A stretch of 63,622 bases of DNA, counting the filler, from Squatina squatina (taxonomy: Eukaryota), in assembly GCA_031763465.1 (NCBI GenBank). It is 4 parts of 4 records of this genome, joined end to end, with 100 filler letters (N's around TTAATTAATTAA, not from the genome) between each part and the next. Parts side by side here need not be neighbours in the genome. Positions count along the whole stretch, not along the records: positions 32,247 to 47,003 come from JARFOE010000013.1; positions 47,104 to 63,622 come from JARFOE010000051.1; 2 more parts are not named here. One strand, 5' to 3'. The position numbers were made by a program, and so were the translations under genes. Positions 36,839 to 50,300 of the stretch are shown here, one piece after another (the first letter of the stretch is position 1; every line of letters begins with the position of its first letter). The notes under the pieces are model-generated. The model saw nothing but the letters and a program-made list of their open reading frames with translations. It was not told where the DNA came from and made no database searches.

Positions 36839-38164
36839 ACCTCAGAGAACCATCCCTTAAGCCCATCCTTTGGGCTTTATTTGAAACATCCACTTTATTA
36901 CTGAATTACATCTAGTTTTGTGTTGCCGACCCACACCAACTGGGAACTAAGTTTGGAACACCCAAACTAATACGATTGTTACTTAACAGGGGTTGAAGAA
37001 GATGGAGACTTTCCATTCGAGAGGTGAAAGTATGTCCAATGGAATACACCCTCAAGTCTCAATTTATTTTATTGATTTTTAAGTATTCAGACAACTGATC
37101 CCTGGTCAGAGTGTGGAAATGTGTAGTTACTGTGCTCACTGGACTGCTGAGTTCCCATTTTCTGTCACTTGAACAGAACATAAGCTACCATTGTGTTTTT
37201 GTAGGTTATCTTATGTACACTTGTTCTTCCAAAATAAACTGTACCCTGATGGATGTGATAAACACCGTGGGTTGATGCCAAAAATGTTGGAATTTAAGGT
37301 CTGGATAAAAGCCACATGCTTGGGTTGTCTCCAACTTAAAATAGAAGCCGGTGTTATGACAGCCTGGATATTTTAAGTATTGTAATAGAAAAATGTAATC
37401 CCTGTTCATAATTAATGGACAATAGGAGGGCTTAATGTTTCCCTGGTAGATTCCAAAAGATGTTTTGGTTCAAGAGAGTGCCTTTTTTTTTAAAAAGCAA
37501 GGAATCCTAGATTGGTATAAATAATTTTGCAAAATAATTTTAGAGCAAATCAAAATACTGTTAAATTCATTGTCATTTAGAAACGCCAAGTAAATCATAT
37601 AATTATACTCTGCTTATTTTGTGTGTGCATATAAATCTAATAAGTGATAGTACACAATGGTAGCTGTTCATGTTGAATTTTCTTTGAAATCTGCTANNNN
37701 NNNNNNNNNNNNNNNNNNNNNNNNNNNNNNNNNNNNNNNNNNNNNNNNNNNNNNNNNNNNNNNNNNNNNNNNNNNNNNNNNNNNNNNNNNNNNNNNATAG
37801 AAAGCTGGGTTGCAAAATGTGCGATTTCTCTTGTCTTCACATTTTGAAATTGCTCCCTGTTTTTTGTGGCAATGTCTGTTTCATAACATTGAGCAAACAT
37901 AAATATAGGTTAACGCTGCCCTGGGGACATTTGGTTTTGACCTACATTTGATTACTAGGGAAGGACTTTGCTGTAGCATTCTTCCATCACCGCGCAGGCC
38001 CCTAACCCAAATGAAAATAATTTTACGGTAGTTCAAACTCGTTGCTGGGTGACTGCCCAGAAATACCTGGATCTGCGCAGATTTAGACTGACAGACATTT
38101 CAAAGGGATCTTACAATGACAGAGTAATTCTGGAATGTAGACACAGGAAGAGCTTTTTATTAAA

Positions 38165-38880
38165 CAACATTTACTAGAATGAAACCAGAACTGAGAGGTT
38201 ATACCTAGCAGGAAAGAGTGAAGAGACTGGAGCTCTTTTCTCTCGAAAGGAGAAGACTGAGGGGTGACCTGATAGAGGTCTTCAAGATTATGAAAGGGTT
38301 TGACAGGGNNNNNNNNNNNNNNNNNNNNNNNNNNNNNNNNNNNNNNNNNNNNNNNNNNNNNNNNNNNNNNNNNNNNNNNNNNNNNNNNNNNNNNNNNNNN
38401 NNNNNNNNCTGGAGAGGGTGGAAAAAAAGATTGACAAGGTTGATCCCAGAACTGAGAGGTTCTAACTATCAGGAAAGGTTGAACAGGCTGGGGCTCTTTC
38501 CTCTAGATAAGGGAAGGCTGAGGGGTGACCTGATCGAGGTCTTTAAGATTATGAATGGGTTTGATTGGGTCGATGTGGAGAAGATGTTTCCTCTTCTGGG
38601 CGAGACCAGAACTCGTGGCCATCAATATAAGAGAGTCACTGATAAATCCTATTGGGAATTCAGGAGAAACTCCTTTACCCTGAGAGTGGGGAGAATGTGG
38701 AACTCGCTCCCACAGGGAGTGGTTGAGGCGAATGGCATAGATGCATTTAAGGGGAAGCTAGATAAACACATGAGGAAGAATATGCTGATGGGAGATGAAA
38801 CGAAGAGTGGGTGGAACACAAACACCGGCACGGATCAGTTGGGCCGATTGGCCGGTTTCTGTGCTGTAAATTCTATGTAA
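38165..38880 (+). mobile_element. Two CR1 3' fragments either side of a 100-N gap
   Basis: RLELFSLERRRLRGDLIEVFKIM and RLNRLGLFPLDKGRLRGDLIEVFKIM...MWNSLP. Confidence 0.9.
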
Positions 38881-38947
38881 AGCCGGACTAATTCACTGCT
38901 GCCAAGGTAAGTGGATCTGTAATGGCAAAAGGTAATGTAATCGATAC

Positions 38948-39037
38948 CTGAGAAACATTTTTACAGTCCCTGAAGAGAAACTCTAGTCCATGAGGATGAG
39001 TAGGTTCCACAGACTGACTGACATCGATCAACCAAAC
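38948..39037 (-). CDS. RIOK3: RIO kinase 3 exon (90 bp)
   Basis: gttcacag|GTTTGG...CAG|gtatcg. Encodes [30 protein letters not shown] (metal-binding IDVSQ loop). Confidence 0.96.
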
Positions 39038-39727
39038 CTGTGAACAAACAAAAACACAGCAAAGGTTATAATCATGTCAAGTATGTGAAAAATCAATCAG
39101 AAGTCCAGTGGGTGTAGTAAAGACTTTTAATGGAAGGGATGCGTTTGTGCGGCACACGTCCCTTTAACTTCGATGTCGGGGGGGAAAGAGGGCAATTTTT
39201 GTGTATGTGGTCAGATCTGTTAGCATCTGAACCACTATTAGGAATTAAGACAAAGCAGAAAGAAATAAAACAAAAAAATTCTATAATTCTAGATGTCAGA
39301 AAGCACTTCTTCACACAAAGGGTAGTGGAAATTTGGAACACTCTCCCACAAAGGGTGGGCATCAATTTAACATTTCAAAACTGAGATTGGTAGATTTTTT
39401 TTTTTTAATAAGGCAAAGGTATTAAGGGTTACAGAACCAAAGTGAGTTGATGGAGTCGCGATACAGGCCAGCTGTGATCTCATGGCGAACAGACTCGAGG
39501 CTATGAAAGGCCTTCTATGTTCCTGATAGGATGAAAATACTCCATTAGAAGGAAGTGGATTAATTTAGTTGGATTCATAGTTAAGATACAAGCATTCCGA
39601 GAGAACTTAGCGCTCAGTTCCAATAATTTCTGATTACAGTCTGGTAGTCCAGCTTTCTCTTTCTACTTCACCCCCAGTAAAAATCATTGAACTTTCTTAA
39701 TCCCTATACATCTACAAGTCTTCTTAC

Positions 39728-39808
39728 CTTCCCCATATGCCACAGCATGTTGTACGCACTGAGATCAGCATGAACAAGCTTGCATTCAGTGTACAGCTGC
39801 TGCATCAT
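39728..39808 (-). CDS. RIOK3: RIO kinase 3 exon (81 bp), catalytic loop
   Basis: cttgcag|ATGATG...AAG|gtaaga. Encodes MMQQLYTECKLVHADLSAYNMLWHMGK. Confidence 0.96.
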
Positions 39809-40131
39809 CTGCAAGACAAGACAGACCATCAACCAATAGCACTAAGCACCTGTCCAGCAAACATTGACCAAGAGGTGGCCTGATACAGGTCTTTAAGACA
39901 ATGAAGGAATGAACAGACGTAGAGAAGATGTTTGAACCTGTGAGGGAAGGCCAAAATAGAGGCCGTAGATATGAGACACACACACAAATATCCCCCTGGA
40001 AGCTTCCAGACTTGATGTATTTTCAATTCTTTTGAATCACACAACACTTGAGTCAGTCAGTATTAGAAACAGCAGAGTTTTCATACTGTTGCCAAATTGA
40101 GCTTGTGCAGACAGAAAAAAAAATAGCTTAC

Positions 40132-40291
40132 ATGCAAAACCTGGTAATAGGCCTGTTTCATATCTTCGGTGCTGAGTCTAACCTCCTTCAACTTAGGAGC
40201 TGGCACGCGATCCTGGCCTATGAAGGACATCACCAGAATATGCTTCTTAAGGATAACCACCTCCGGACAGGGAATGCCGACTTTCTGCATT
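40132..40291 (-). CDS. RIOK3: RIO kinase 3 exon (160 bp)
   Basis: attctgcag|AATGCAG...CAT|gtaagc. Encodes MQKVGIPCPEVVILKKHILVMSFIGQDRVPAPKLKEVRLSTEDMKQAYYQVLH. Confidence 0.96.
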
Positions 40292-40976
40292 CTGCAGAAT
40301 AAAAGAGGGCATCAGACTGTGCCACTGCCACAACAACTGGCATTTATATAGCACCTTTACAGGAGCATTATCAGACAAAATTTGACACCAACTCACAAAA
40401 GGAGATGAAGGCACTGCCGCCAATGGTGGAGCGATTAACAAAGGGGATGTTCAAGAGGCCCAGAATAGGAGGGGCGCAGAGATCTTGGAAGGTTGCAGGC
40501 AAGATTTCCTATAAGCTGCATAGCTCTCTGCCAGTCCCGCACAGTCAGAGACTGGCTTTTTCAACGGTAAGTGTCACACATGCGCGAAAATGTGAATGGG
40601 TTTCACAACCCCTTAAAGGGGCCGGCTGGAATACAGAGAGGTGGCAGTGATGTAACAGTTACACAGAGCTCTGGTTAGACCCCATCTGGAGCACTGTGTT
40701 CAGTTCTGGACACACCCTCACATCAGTCAGGGCTACACCAGCCAGTCCCCAAAAAGTATCTGTGGGAGCAATTGTTGATGCATATCGCAAACTGCAGCAA
40801 TTAAGCCTATTGCTGCCAATAGGATTGTAATTTGGCCTGTAGTAAAAAGGGCAGAATTAAAAATGTGCAATAAGCAAGCACAGAACTGCAGTGGTACAGA
40901 AGGAAGTTACTGTCTAAAATAACCAGTTCTGACCAAACTTCAGGTCAATCTTTCGTTTCGAAAAAGGAGACTATAC

Positions 40977-41159
40977 CTGGCCAGGTTGTGCATTTCCTTT
41001 TCTGCCCACATGCGGATGATTTTGCGAGGGTTCAACTTGCTAAAGCGATCTTTGAATCTGTAATCGTCCTTGATGTACTTATCGCGGTTTTTGAACTCAT
41101 TCAGTGTCGTCTTAAAAACCTTGATGGCACACTCTGAGGGAACCATTTTTTCATCCATG
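40977..41159 (-). CDS. RIOK3: RIO kinase 3 exon (183 bp)
   Basis: ttctgtag|CATGGAT...GCCAG|gtatag. Encodes MDEKMVPSECAIKVFKTTLNEFKNRDKYIKDDYRFKDRFSKLNPRKIIRMWAEKEMHNLAR. All four exons join in frame. Confidence 0.97.
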
Positions 41160-41959
41160 CTACAGAAGCAGAAAGAGGAATAAACTACATAGAAAATAGG
41201 AGCAGGAGTCGGCCATTCGGCCCTTCGAACCTGCTCCGCCATTCAATATGACCATGGCTGATCATCCAAATTCAGTACACTGTNNNNNNNNNNNNNNNNN
41301 NNNNNNNNNNNNNNNNNNNNNNNNNNNNNNNNNNNNNNNNNNNNNNNNNNNNNNNNNNNNNNNNNNNNNNNNNNNNNNNNNNNTTGCTGCGGGCTTGCTG
41401 CCACACTGGTGTCTGTTAACAATCAGCTCTGCTCATAGTTTTCATCCATCTCTTTAACTTTTTATGCAAAATTGCAGTACTTGTGTATCAAATCTAGCTC
41501 GGTGCGGTAAGTGTAGAGATTCGCAGTATGTGCTGACAGGCCAAATGACTCACCCTTGTGATCATTAATTAGGGTGAAAGTGAATTAATGTAGAAGTGGT
41601 CAGTCATCTATTTAGAAATGTATGTTGACATTCACCGCAACATTGATGTTTCCAAATGTATCTGGAGCGCTCTGCCGCCAACCTCTTGCTGTAACCCTGG
41701 CATCCAACTGTTTCATGCGATCATGTGGCACAGTTCTCATGCTGGAACTAACTAATGTGAGATTGTGTATTCTTCCAGTAAGTTATGGCAACGGGATACT
41801 GTTTTCCCCATTTCCATGTGGCCAGTGATCTAATTAAAATTGCTGTTGTGTTGATTGATGGCCCCTTGTTTCTGTCAATTTGCACCTAGTCATACACTTT
41901 ATATAGAGCTGCAATTGCCAGTCAGGCCCACAAATTGTAACCGAGTGATTTGCGTTGTG

Positions 41960-42172
41960 TAGTATAGTTCCCTCCCTAAATCTCGCCGTCTTGCTACGGA
42001 CCTCTTGCCTCCTTTAGTCTCTCCGTAAAACCTCCCTCTTTGACCAAGCTTTTGGCCACCTGTCCTAATTCCACCTTATGTGGCTCGGTGTCACATTTTG
42101 TCTGATAACGCGCCCACGAAGTGCCGTGGGACATTTTGCAAGGTTAAAGGCGCCGTCTAATACAAGTTGTTG
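41960..42172 (+). mobile_element. L2-type LINE 3' end
   Basis: CTCTTTGACCAAGCTTTTGGCCACCTGTCCTAAT...GTTAAAGGCGCCGTCTAATACAAGTTGTTGT. Related tails occur at 42793-42885 (+) and 860-1100, 40330-40500 and 56045-56500 (-). Confidence 0.7.
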
Positions 42173-42950
42173 TGCAGTCACATACTTGCGAAAAGATAGT
42201 TATGAATATCTTTTCTACTTAGAATTCAGGAATTGCCACCAAGAATTATGGAATATTACAAAAGGCAACAGACCATTTGATCTGTCAAGTCTTTGCATGT
42301 GTTTTCTCCACATCAGCAGCCAATTCTAATGCCACTCTTAAGCTTTTTCCCCATCCCCTTTAATGTTACCCTTGTTCGATCAACTGTCTAATCCCTTTTA
42401 AAAGAACGCACGAATTCTGCTTCAACTTCGTATCTGAGAATTCTGCATTCTAACCACCCTCTGTAAAGAATTTTTTTAAACCTTTTTTGGCGATCATCTT
42501 TAATTTGTTCTCTCTTGTTACCACCTCGCTGCTCAGTGGAAACAATTTAGCATTTTTATCTATCATAAGTCTTCATAATTTACAAGACTAGGTCACCCCT
42601 AACCTCTCGTCACTGATAACATCCTAGTGAATCTGTGCTGTGCTGTGCTTTTTCCATTACTCTCCTATCTTCACTGTAATTTTTGCTAGATGNNNNNNNN
42701 NNNNNNNNNNNNNNNNNNNNNNNNNNNNNNNNNNNNNNNNNNNNNNNNNNNNNNNNNNNNNNNNNNNNNNNNNNNNNNNNNNNNNNNNNNNNCTGTCCTA
42801 ATATCTCCTTATGTGGCTCGGTGTCAAATTTTGTTGGATTGTGCTCCTACATTAAAGGCGCTATATAAATACAAGTTGTTGTTGTCGTACTGGAGTAAAG
42901 CCTGGTTTGTCTGTGTTTGTGGCTGAAGAATAAGAGGCTTACACATGTAA

Positions 42951-43208
<258 letters not shown>

Positions 43209-44646
43209 TGGAGAAACAACCTGAGTTCTTGATTTTCGGACTCCCTGGTTCCTTTTTCTTAATGCGCCCACACAGGTTGGAAGAAATACGAGTGAAGTGT
43301 GTCAACTTTGCTCTCTCAACTCTTTTTTTTCTCTTCATTCTTTATTTCCTGTATTTTCCTCTTTTTTTTATCCATCTCATTCTTTTTTTTTAAAACTCTG
43401 CTTTTCCCTCTCTCTCTGGTTCCACTGAGCCCTCTGGCTACCTCGGTGTCTGACAGATGTCTGAGTACACCTGGGCCTGTCTCACTGCAGGCTCGTAGCT
43501 CTACCGTCTGGTCGTCTCTGTCCCCCCTCCGAGGGCAGCACGGTGATGGCACTACCTTCAGACCTCTCTCCCTGTGTGGGTTTCTTTTCAACACAACACT
43601 TGAGAGTACTTGATGGGGAAAATATATTAGGATGAAAATGCACTTTTTAACAACAGGTAATAAAAAAAAAGAGAAAAAAAAACCGTTGANNNNNNNNNNN
43701 NNNNNNNNNNNNNNNNNNNNNNNNNNNNNNNNNNNNNNNNNNNNNNNNNNNNNNNNNNNNNNNNNNNNNNNNNNNNNNNNNNNNNNNNNNNNNNNNNNNN
43801 NNNNNNNNNNNNNNNNNNNNNNNNNNNNNNNNNNNNNNNNNNNNNNNNNNNNNNNNNNNNNNNNNNNNNNNNNNNNNNNNNNNNNNNNNNNNNNNNNNNN
43901 NNNNNNNNNNNNNNNNNNNNNNNNNNNNNNNNNNNNNNNNNNNNNNNNNNNNNNGTCCACAATGATCCCTTAGCTTAGATCATGACTGGACAAATAGTCC
44001 TACCTTTGATTTTATTTTTTTTTTGGTTTATTTTATTGCTGGATTATTATCTTGTACAGACTGTAAAATGTATTATTTTGTACAACTTTATTGAAAAAAA
44101 AAATACTTGTAGAAGATCTTTGTGCCTTGATTATGGCTGTAGCTGTAAAATGAGCTAAGATGTAAGTATGTTTGATTGCGCTGTACAGCTTTATGTCAAA
44201 AAAAAACCCTGTCTACAGCAGTGGCTGGAGACGGAGGAGTTTATCTGTAGAGATTAGGTTTTTTTCTGGTTTATAAAGAACGAAAATGCTCTTTAGTAAA
44301 AAAAAATGAACCTGTATAAATTATGCAAATTAACCACTTACCTTTACAAGAAGAGGTCGGAGGTGACGAGACGTTGCAACATCATGCCTTGTTTTGGATT
44401 CTCAGCTTTAACACATCGGAATCCATCCAAGTGTCCAAAATGCAACGTGGAATTATTTCTATGGGAACCAAGGTTTTTTTTTTGCTAGAAGTATACATGT
44501 TTGGTAATTCTTCGGTCATTCATAGACCCTTCACAGATGCACAGGCNNNNNNNNNNNNNNNNNNNNNNNNNNNNNNNNNNNNNNNNNNNNNNNNNNNNNN
44601 NNNNNNNNNNNNNNNNNNNNNNNNNNNNNNNNNNNNNNNNNNNNNN

Positions 44647-44995
44647 TTTGAATGAGGTGCTCAAAATCATGAGGGGTCCAGACAGAGTAGATGGAGGGAA
44701 ACTGTTCCCATTGGCGGAAGGGTCAAGAACCAGAGGGCACAGCTTAAAAGGTGATTGGCAGAAGAACCAAATGCGACATGAGGAAAAACCTTTTTACGCA
44801 GCGAGTGGTTAGGATCTGGAATTCACTGCCTGAAAGGGTGGTGGAGGCAGATTCAATCGTGGCTCTCAAAAGGGAAGTACCTGAAGGAAAGAAAATTGCG
44901 GGGGAGTGGGACTGGCTGAGGCGCTCTTGCAGAGAGCCGGCACGGGCTAGACAGGCCGAATGGCCTCCTTCTGTGCTGTAACCATTCTATGATTG
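44647..44995 (+). mobile_element. CR1 LINE 3' end
   Basis: EVLKIMRGPDRVD...NLFTQRVVRIWNSLP, followed by the tail GGCCGAATGGCCTCCTTCTGTGCTGTAACCATTCTATGATT. Similar copies lie at 50360-50715 and 62140-62610. Confidence 0.88.
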
Positions 44996-45850
44996 AATTT
45001 GTTTTTATATAGGAATAGAATGTTGATGGGGTTAGATGAAGAAGGTGGGAGGAGGCTCATGTGGGGAATGGACCTGTTGGACCAAATGGCCTATTTCTGT
45101 GCTGTAAATACTATGTCATTAATGTGTACGCTTTAATTTAAAAAAGTATTCATCCAAATTAGGGATATGCGTGTTAGTAAGAGAGCATTTCTTCACATTT
45201 TGCACTCCCCAGTTCAGATATAACCTACGCAAGAGTCTTGATGAATCTGGAGGAGATTTCCATTCCATCGCTCTGGGCTGCATTTAAACTCTGCTGCAGA
45301 AATAAGGAGGACAGTGTTTAAATTCACTGTGGTCCCCAGGCTCCAATGATTCAATTTTCCCGACTAATGTTTAGACAGCACACCTCGACTGTCCTGAGGC
45401 ATGGAGGAATGTGCTAGCAATGTGGAGAGGACACTGCTGTGCGAAAAGACCTTGGAGCTCATTTCTGGCAACGTTCCTTCCGGCGAGGGTCAATGTTAGC
45501 TCGCTGAGCAATTTGATGTTTTCTCTTTTTTAGATATCTCAAAGGCCCTGATATTAACTGAACTTGGCTCAATTCGTGATCCTGTGGCAGTAAAGATGCT
45601 GTTTAATAACATGGAGAGGTTGCTTAAGGTGCAGGCACATGGGTAAGAATGTCTAAATGATGCATATATTAACTAAGAACATAAGAAATAGGAGCAGGAG
45701 TAGGCCATTCGGCCCCTCAAGCCTGCTCCGCCATTCAACAAGATCATGGCNNNNNNNNNNNNNNNNNNNNNNNNNNNNNNNNNNNNNNNNNNNNNNNNNN
45801 NNNNNNNNNNNNNNNNNNNNNNNNNNNNNNNNNNNNNNNNNNNNNNNNNN

Positions 45851-45913
45851 GTTACTATGGAGACTCCCACTTGCAACTGGAGAGAATCAATGTCTATTAC
45901 AATGAAGCGATGT
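45851..45913 (+). CDS. TUBB: Beta-tubulin exon 2 (3' part; 5' part lies in a gap)
   Basis: Encodes YYGDSHLQLERINVYYNEAM, then T|gtaagt. Confidence 0.93.
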
Positions 45914-46103
45914 GTAAGTTTCATTTTAAAAAGTAGCCATCTGGGTGTATTAAACGTGGATTCTGAATCCAGGGGGAATCGACATTCTTGATACAGCAGC
46001 TGGGTTAAGGGCGACATTTTCATGGATTTTTTTCGTCTATTCATATGTAGCAGCTAAACTTTTTTATACATTGTAACTTTTTTAAAAAAAATCAATCCCT
46101 CAG

Positions 46104-46214
46104 CACAGAAATATGTCCCCAGAGCGATCTTGCTGGACTTGGAGCCAGGGACGATGGACAGTGTTCGATCGGGTAACTTAGGACAGCTTTTTCGACCCGA
46201 TAACTTCATTTTCG
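46104..46214 (+). CDS. TUBB: Beta-tubulin exon 3 (111 bp), TUBB6- or TUBB1-class isotype
   Basis: ccctcag|CACAG...TTCG|gtaagt. Encodes [38 protein letters not shown]. The exon size is canonical for vertebrate beta-tubulins. Confidence 0.95.
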
Positions 46215-46439
46215 GTAAGTGATCGGTCCCTGTAATTCAGAGCCTCTCACAATAGTGATGTGCGGATTGCGCATGCGCTGCCAATGTGTTGCAGTCTACC
46301 TTGATTCCCCGGCCCAAATCAATTTCAGGTCGATTTCTTGTTGGCTGAGTCGGCGATGTGAGAGCATCCCTGAGGACAAGGGGCAGGAACACGAGCAATA
46401 TTCCCAAATGTTCGGGCTGAGATAACCGCGAAGTGTGAA

Positions 46440-46886
46440 AAAGACTTGCATTTAATTAGCGCCTTTCACGACCCTCGGGACATCCCCAAGCGCTTTACAG
46501 CCAATGAAGTACTTTTTGAAGTGTAGTCACTGTTGTAATGTAGGAAATGCGGCACCCAATTTGTACACAGCAAGATCCCACAAACAGCAACGTGATAATG
46601 ACCAGATAATCTCTTTCTTTGTTAGGTTGATTGAGGGCTAAACATTGACCAGGACATCGGGGATAACTCCCCTACCCTGGGATCTTTTACGTCCACCCAA
46701 GAGAGCAGATGGGGCCTCGGTTTAACACCTCATCCGAAAGATGGCACCTCTGACAGTGCAACGCTCCCTCAGCACTGAACTGGAGTGTCAGCCTAGATTT
46801 TCGTGCTCAAGTCACTGGAGTGGGACTTGAACCCACAACATTCCAGTCCAGAGGCGAGAGTGCTACCCACTGAGCCACAACTGACA
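46440..46886 (-). mobile_element. Near full-length tRNA-derived SacSINE1/DeuSINE-like SINE
   Basis: Minus strand has A box TGGCTCAGTGG (46867-46877), B box GGTTCAAGTCC (46823-46833) and a Deu-domain-like CACTGTCAGAGGTGCCATCTTTCGGATGAGGTGTTAAACCGAGGCCCC. The tail ends ...AATGCAAGTCTT. Confidence 0.85.
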
Positions 46887-47003
46887 GGCAGAGAGTGTTA
46901 TAAAAATCACATGATAGGAGCTTGCAGATGCATGAATCGCATCTAAAAAACTAACATGCCCTCAAATAAATAAATCTAGTTCTATTTGTGTTAATGGGAC
47001 TGT

Positions 47004-47103
47004 NNNNNNNNNNNNNNNNNNNNNNNNNNNNNNNNNNNNNNNNNNNNTTAATTAATTAANNNNNNNNNNNNNNNNNNNNNNNNNNNNNNNNNNNNNNNNN
47101 NNN
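47004..47103. other. Artificial scaffold linker (44N + TTAATTAATTAA + 44N)
   Basis: 12-mer at 47048-47059. Confidence 0.97.
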
Positions 47104-47364
47104 ATCTGTGTTAGTAGTGGTGATTGAGGGACAAATATTGGCCAGGACACTGCAGATAAGTCCCCTGTTGTTCTTCAAAATAGTGCCGTGGAATCTTTTA
47201 CGTCCACCCGAGGGGTTTAACGTCTCATCCGAAAGTGCGGCACTTCTTCAGTACTGCCCTGGTGTGTCAGCCTAGATTTTTGTGCTCAAGTCTCTGAAGT
47301 GGGACTTGAACCCACAACCTACTGACTCAGACAAGAGTGCTATCCACTGAGCCACAGCTGACAC
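47104..47364 (-). mobile_element. SacSINE1/DeuSINE-like SINE, 5' half
   Basis: Same A and B boxes and body as 46440-46886. Confidence 0.85.
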
Positions 47365-50300
47365 TGAATTCACAAAATAACAGTCCACTGTTTCAAAATG
47401 CCAAAGAGCAACGTCACATCTCAGCCGAAGCTTGATGACTTCTCCACGCTATTAGTATTTATCTCCTTAGTCCTTATTATGCGAGCGCACGCACACACAC
47501 ACACACACAAAAGCAGGGGCATTTCCAGTGTTTAATATAAATAGAGCTGTATTTAACATAGGAAACAACTGTTCACAGCCAACCCAGAGGGACATGGATT
47601 TTTCCAGTGACTGGCGCCAGTCCCGGTTCATTGAAGGGATACTGTGCTCCTGGTCTAAACCTTACAGCCCCAATAACTCAGCGGATTAGCACATAAACAG
47701 CCAGTGGCACCAGTGGGCAAACTCAAGACATGATACTTATTGGAAATAAGGGAATAGCAAGATACAAGTGTAATCACAAAGACAAGTTGTGAAATAGAAA
47801 GACTTCAATCACATGGTGCAGATTACAAGCTCCCTGCCTCAAAGATCAGAAGCTTTTGCTTCAGTTGGTTCGGAACATCAATGCACCACATCCTCTCAAC
47901 ACTTAACTCTCGGAATACTGGACAAAGAATTGGACAAAGAATTGGACAAAAAAAATCAATATCAGGATACAGCGCCTCCATTTAATTTGTATNNNNNNNN
48001 NNNNNNNNNNNNNNNNNNNNNNNNNNNNNNNNNNNNNNNNNNNNNNNNNNNNNNNNNNNNNNNNNNNNNNNNNNNNNNNNNNNNNNNNNNNNAACAGGCT
48101 CAAGTGGTTGACTGGCCTAATATTGCTCCCAGGTTCCTAACCTTGGTTAAGTCCTGCACTATGGGTCTTGGGCTTCACCTCGGTTTCTCAATAATCAGAG
48201 ACAGCTAACTTCGTTGCTACTTCTAAAACATATTTTTGTATCTCTCTGTCTCAGGGCAAAATGACAGGAAGATAACTCAATATTGGCTCCACAGTCATAA
48301 CCATTTAATGGATGATTGCTCGGAGAGAAATGTCACAGGAGCGCCAGAAACACGGATGTCACCCAGCAACAGTGACAAATCAACTGAGAAATACACTCAA
48401 AGCATTTCAGTTGTTTTTTGTTGCTTTGGAGAGTTGATGGGGGCTGGGGGCCACTGCCCTCACTTGCTCACCGACGTTCTGAATTTTAATTTATTCGCAA
48501 GGGCACTGTAGTTACACCGAGGGGGACACCAGTTGATGAATCCTTAACCGTTGCTGCTGGAATTCTCCTCATTCCAGCTCGCTCTCTTGTTGCATATACT
48601 AATATCAAATCTATTAATGGCATTCAATAGCAAAGTCAGGCATAAGTACATTAAAAAGAAAATAGGAGCAGGAGTTGGCCATACGGCTCCTTGAGCCTGC
48701 TCCACCATTCAATAAGATCATGGCCAATCGACCTCAACTCCACTTTCCCGCCCGATCTCGGTATCCCTCGATTCTAAAAATCTATCTCAGCCTTGAATAT
48801 ACTCAGACTCAGCATCCACAGCCCTCTGGGACAGAGAATTCCAAAGATTCACAACCTCTGGAGTGAAGGAATTCCTCCTCATCTGTCTTAAATGGCCAAC
48901 CTCTTATCCTGAGACTATGCCCCCTAGTTCTAGGCACTCCAGCCAGAGTAAACAACCTCTCAGCATCTACCCGGTCATGAAGGATTCTACGATTGCAAAG
49001 CTGGGATTAAAACAAAGGCTTGCTTTACACAGCATAGCGAAAGGAATATAGAGGTGATTTGTCAGACTATGCCTTTTGTCTGATTTGGAGGCCACTGCAT
49101 CCAAGTAAAGTAGGGAATATCTATATAAAAATGAAGTCAGTCATGGCATGCACTTCTGAATAATTCACATCACAAGATTAAATATAATTTGCTCAGAGCA
49201 GTCAGCATTACTAGACAAAATGATTTGTGCACAGCTGACCTCTTTCAGGGTTTCTGCTCATTGAGTGAGCGACACAGAATATAATAGAATTACTTCAAGG
49301 CAGCAGATATGATGTGACAGAACTGACAGGCCTGCTCCAACCCCTAGACTTCGTTAACAAACATACTGAGCTTCACCATAATCACAATCCACTGCCTCTT
49401 TTTTTTTGGGCTTCCAAACCACAATGATGTTTCCTTTCTTTAAACAATGGTGTCTGTTCAGTGTTTCGACCTGCATATCGTAAGGGTCTCATCTTACAGG
49501 CTGGATTTAGATACAGGCAAAATCTTAATTTTTGAAGTTTCCACCCCCCCACTTTTACAATTGGCTCAAGTTGACTTGTTCACTGAAACCGTGTTGAAAA
49601 CAAAACACAGGTAGGAGCAGTGTTTACAATTCATCTTTTGCAGACTGCAGGTGTGCAAATGTACTATGAGGTATTCAAATAAAGACATACCTGCCCTGGG
49701 ACATGTGAAGCTAAGAAAATGTCTGTCTTACTNNNNNNNNNNNNNNNNNNNNNNNNNNNNNNNNNNNNNNNNNNNNNNNNNNNNNNNNNNNNNNNNNNNN
49801 NNNNNNNNNNNNNNNNNNNNNNNNNNNNNNNNAGCAATGAAGTGGGCTGTTCGGTAGTTGGAAGCAGTTAAGCCAACTGAGGTATTTGCATGCTGAAGCT
49901 GAGCACGAACAGATCTGTTAAGTCTGGGCCCTTTAACGTTTAAGTTTGCGCGTGTTTGAATGCTCAAATTCTGAAGTGACTAATTGGGGGGCTTAAAGGA
50001 AAAATTTCAAAGAGTCCCATTTCCAGCGCTAAATTCAACGCTTGGCGCTACCAACGCCCAAACCCCGAATTGGGCGCCCTTACGATCTATCTTTAACAAG
50101 TGATCTCTATTTGTATGTAACAAAAACCATCCAACAGAACTGGGAGAGTCAAACAATAACCTCCGACCTGTGCAATGGAAGAGTTTTGGCCATTTTCATT
50201 ATGTGGGGCATGAGGCGAATTGAGCAACTCTTTCTGGAAAATTTGGGATGTATCACTGATGTTGACATTGGTTCAAAACCAGCGTCAACATCTCAACCAC

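Noticed and set aside
46258-46280. NRF1 site (TGCGCATGCGC) marking a promoter
   Set aside because: It lies in tubulin intron 3 within a short GC-rich, MITE-like stretch, with no other promoter evidence.
46815-46886. tRNA gene
   Set aside because: The A and B boxes belong to a SINE head that continues into a SINE body, with several copies in the window.
47900-47950. 12-bp tandem TGGACAAAGAAT x3, and (CA)n at about 47492-47508
   Set aside because: These are ordinary slippage repeats.
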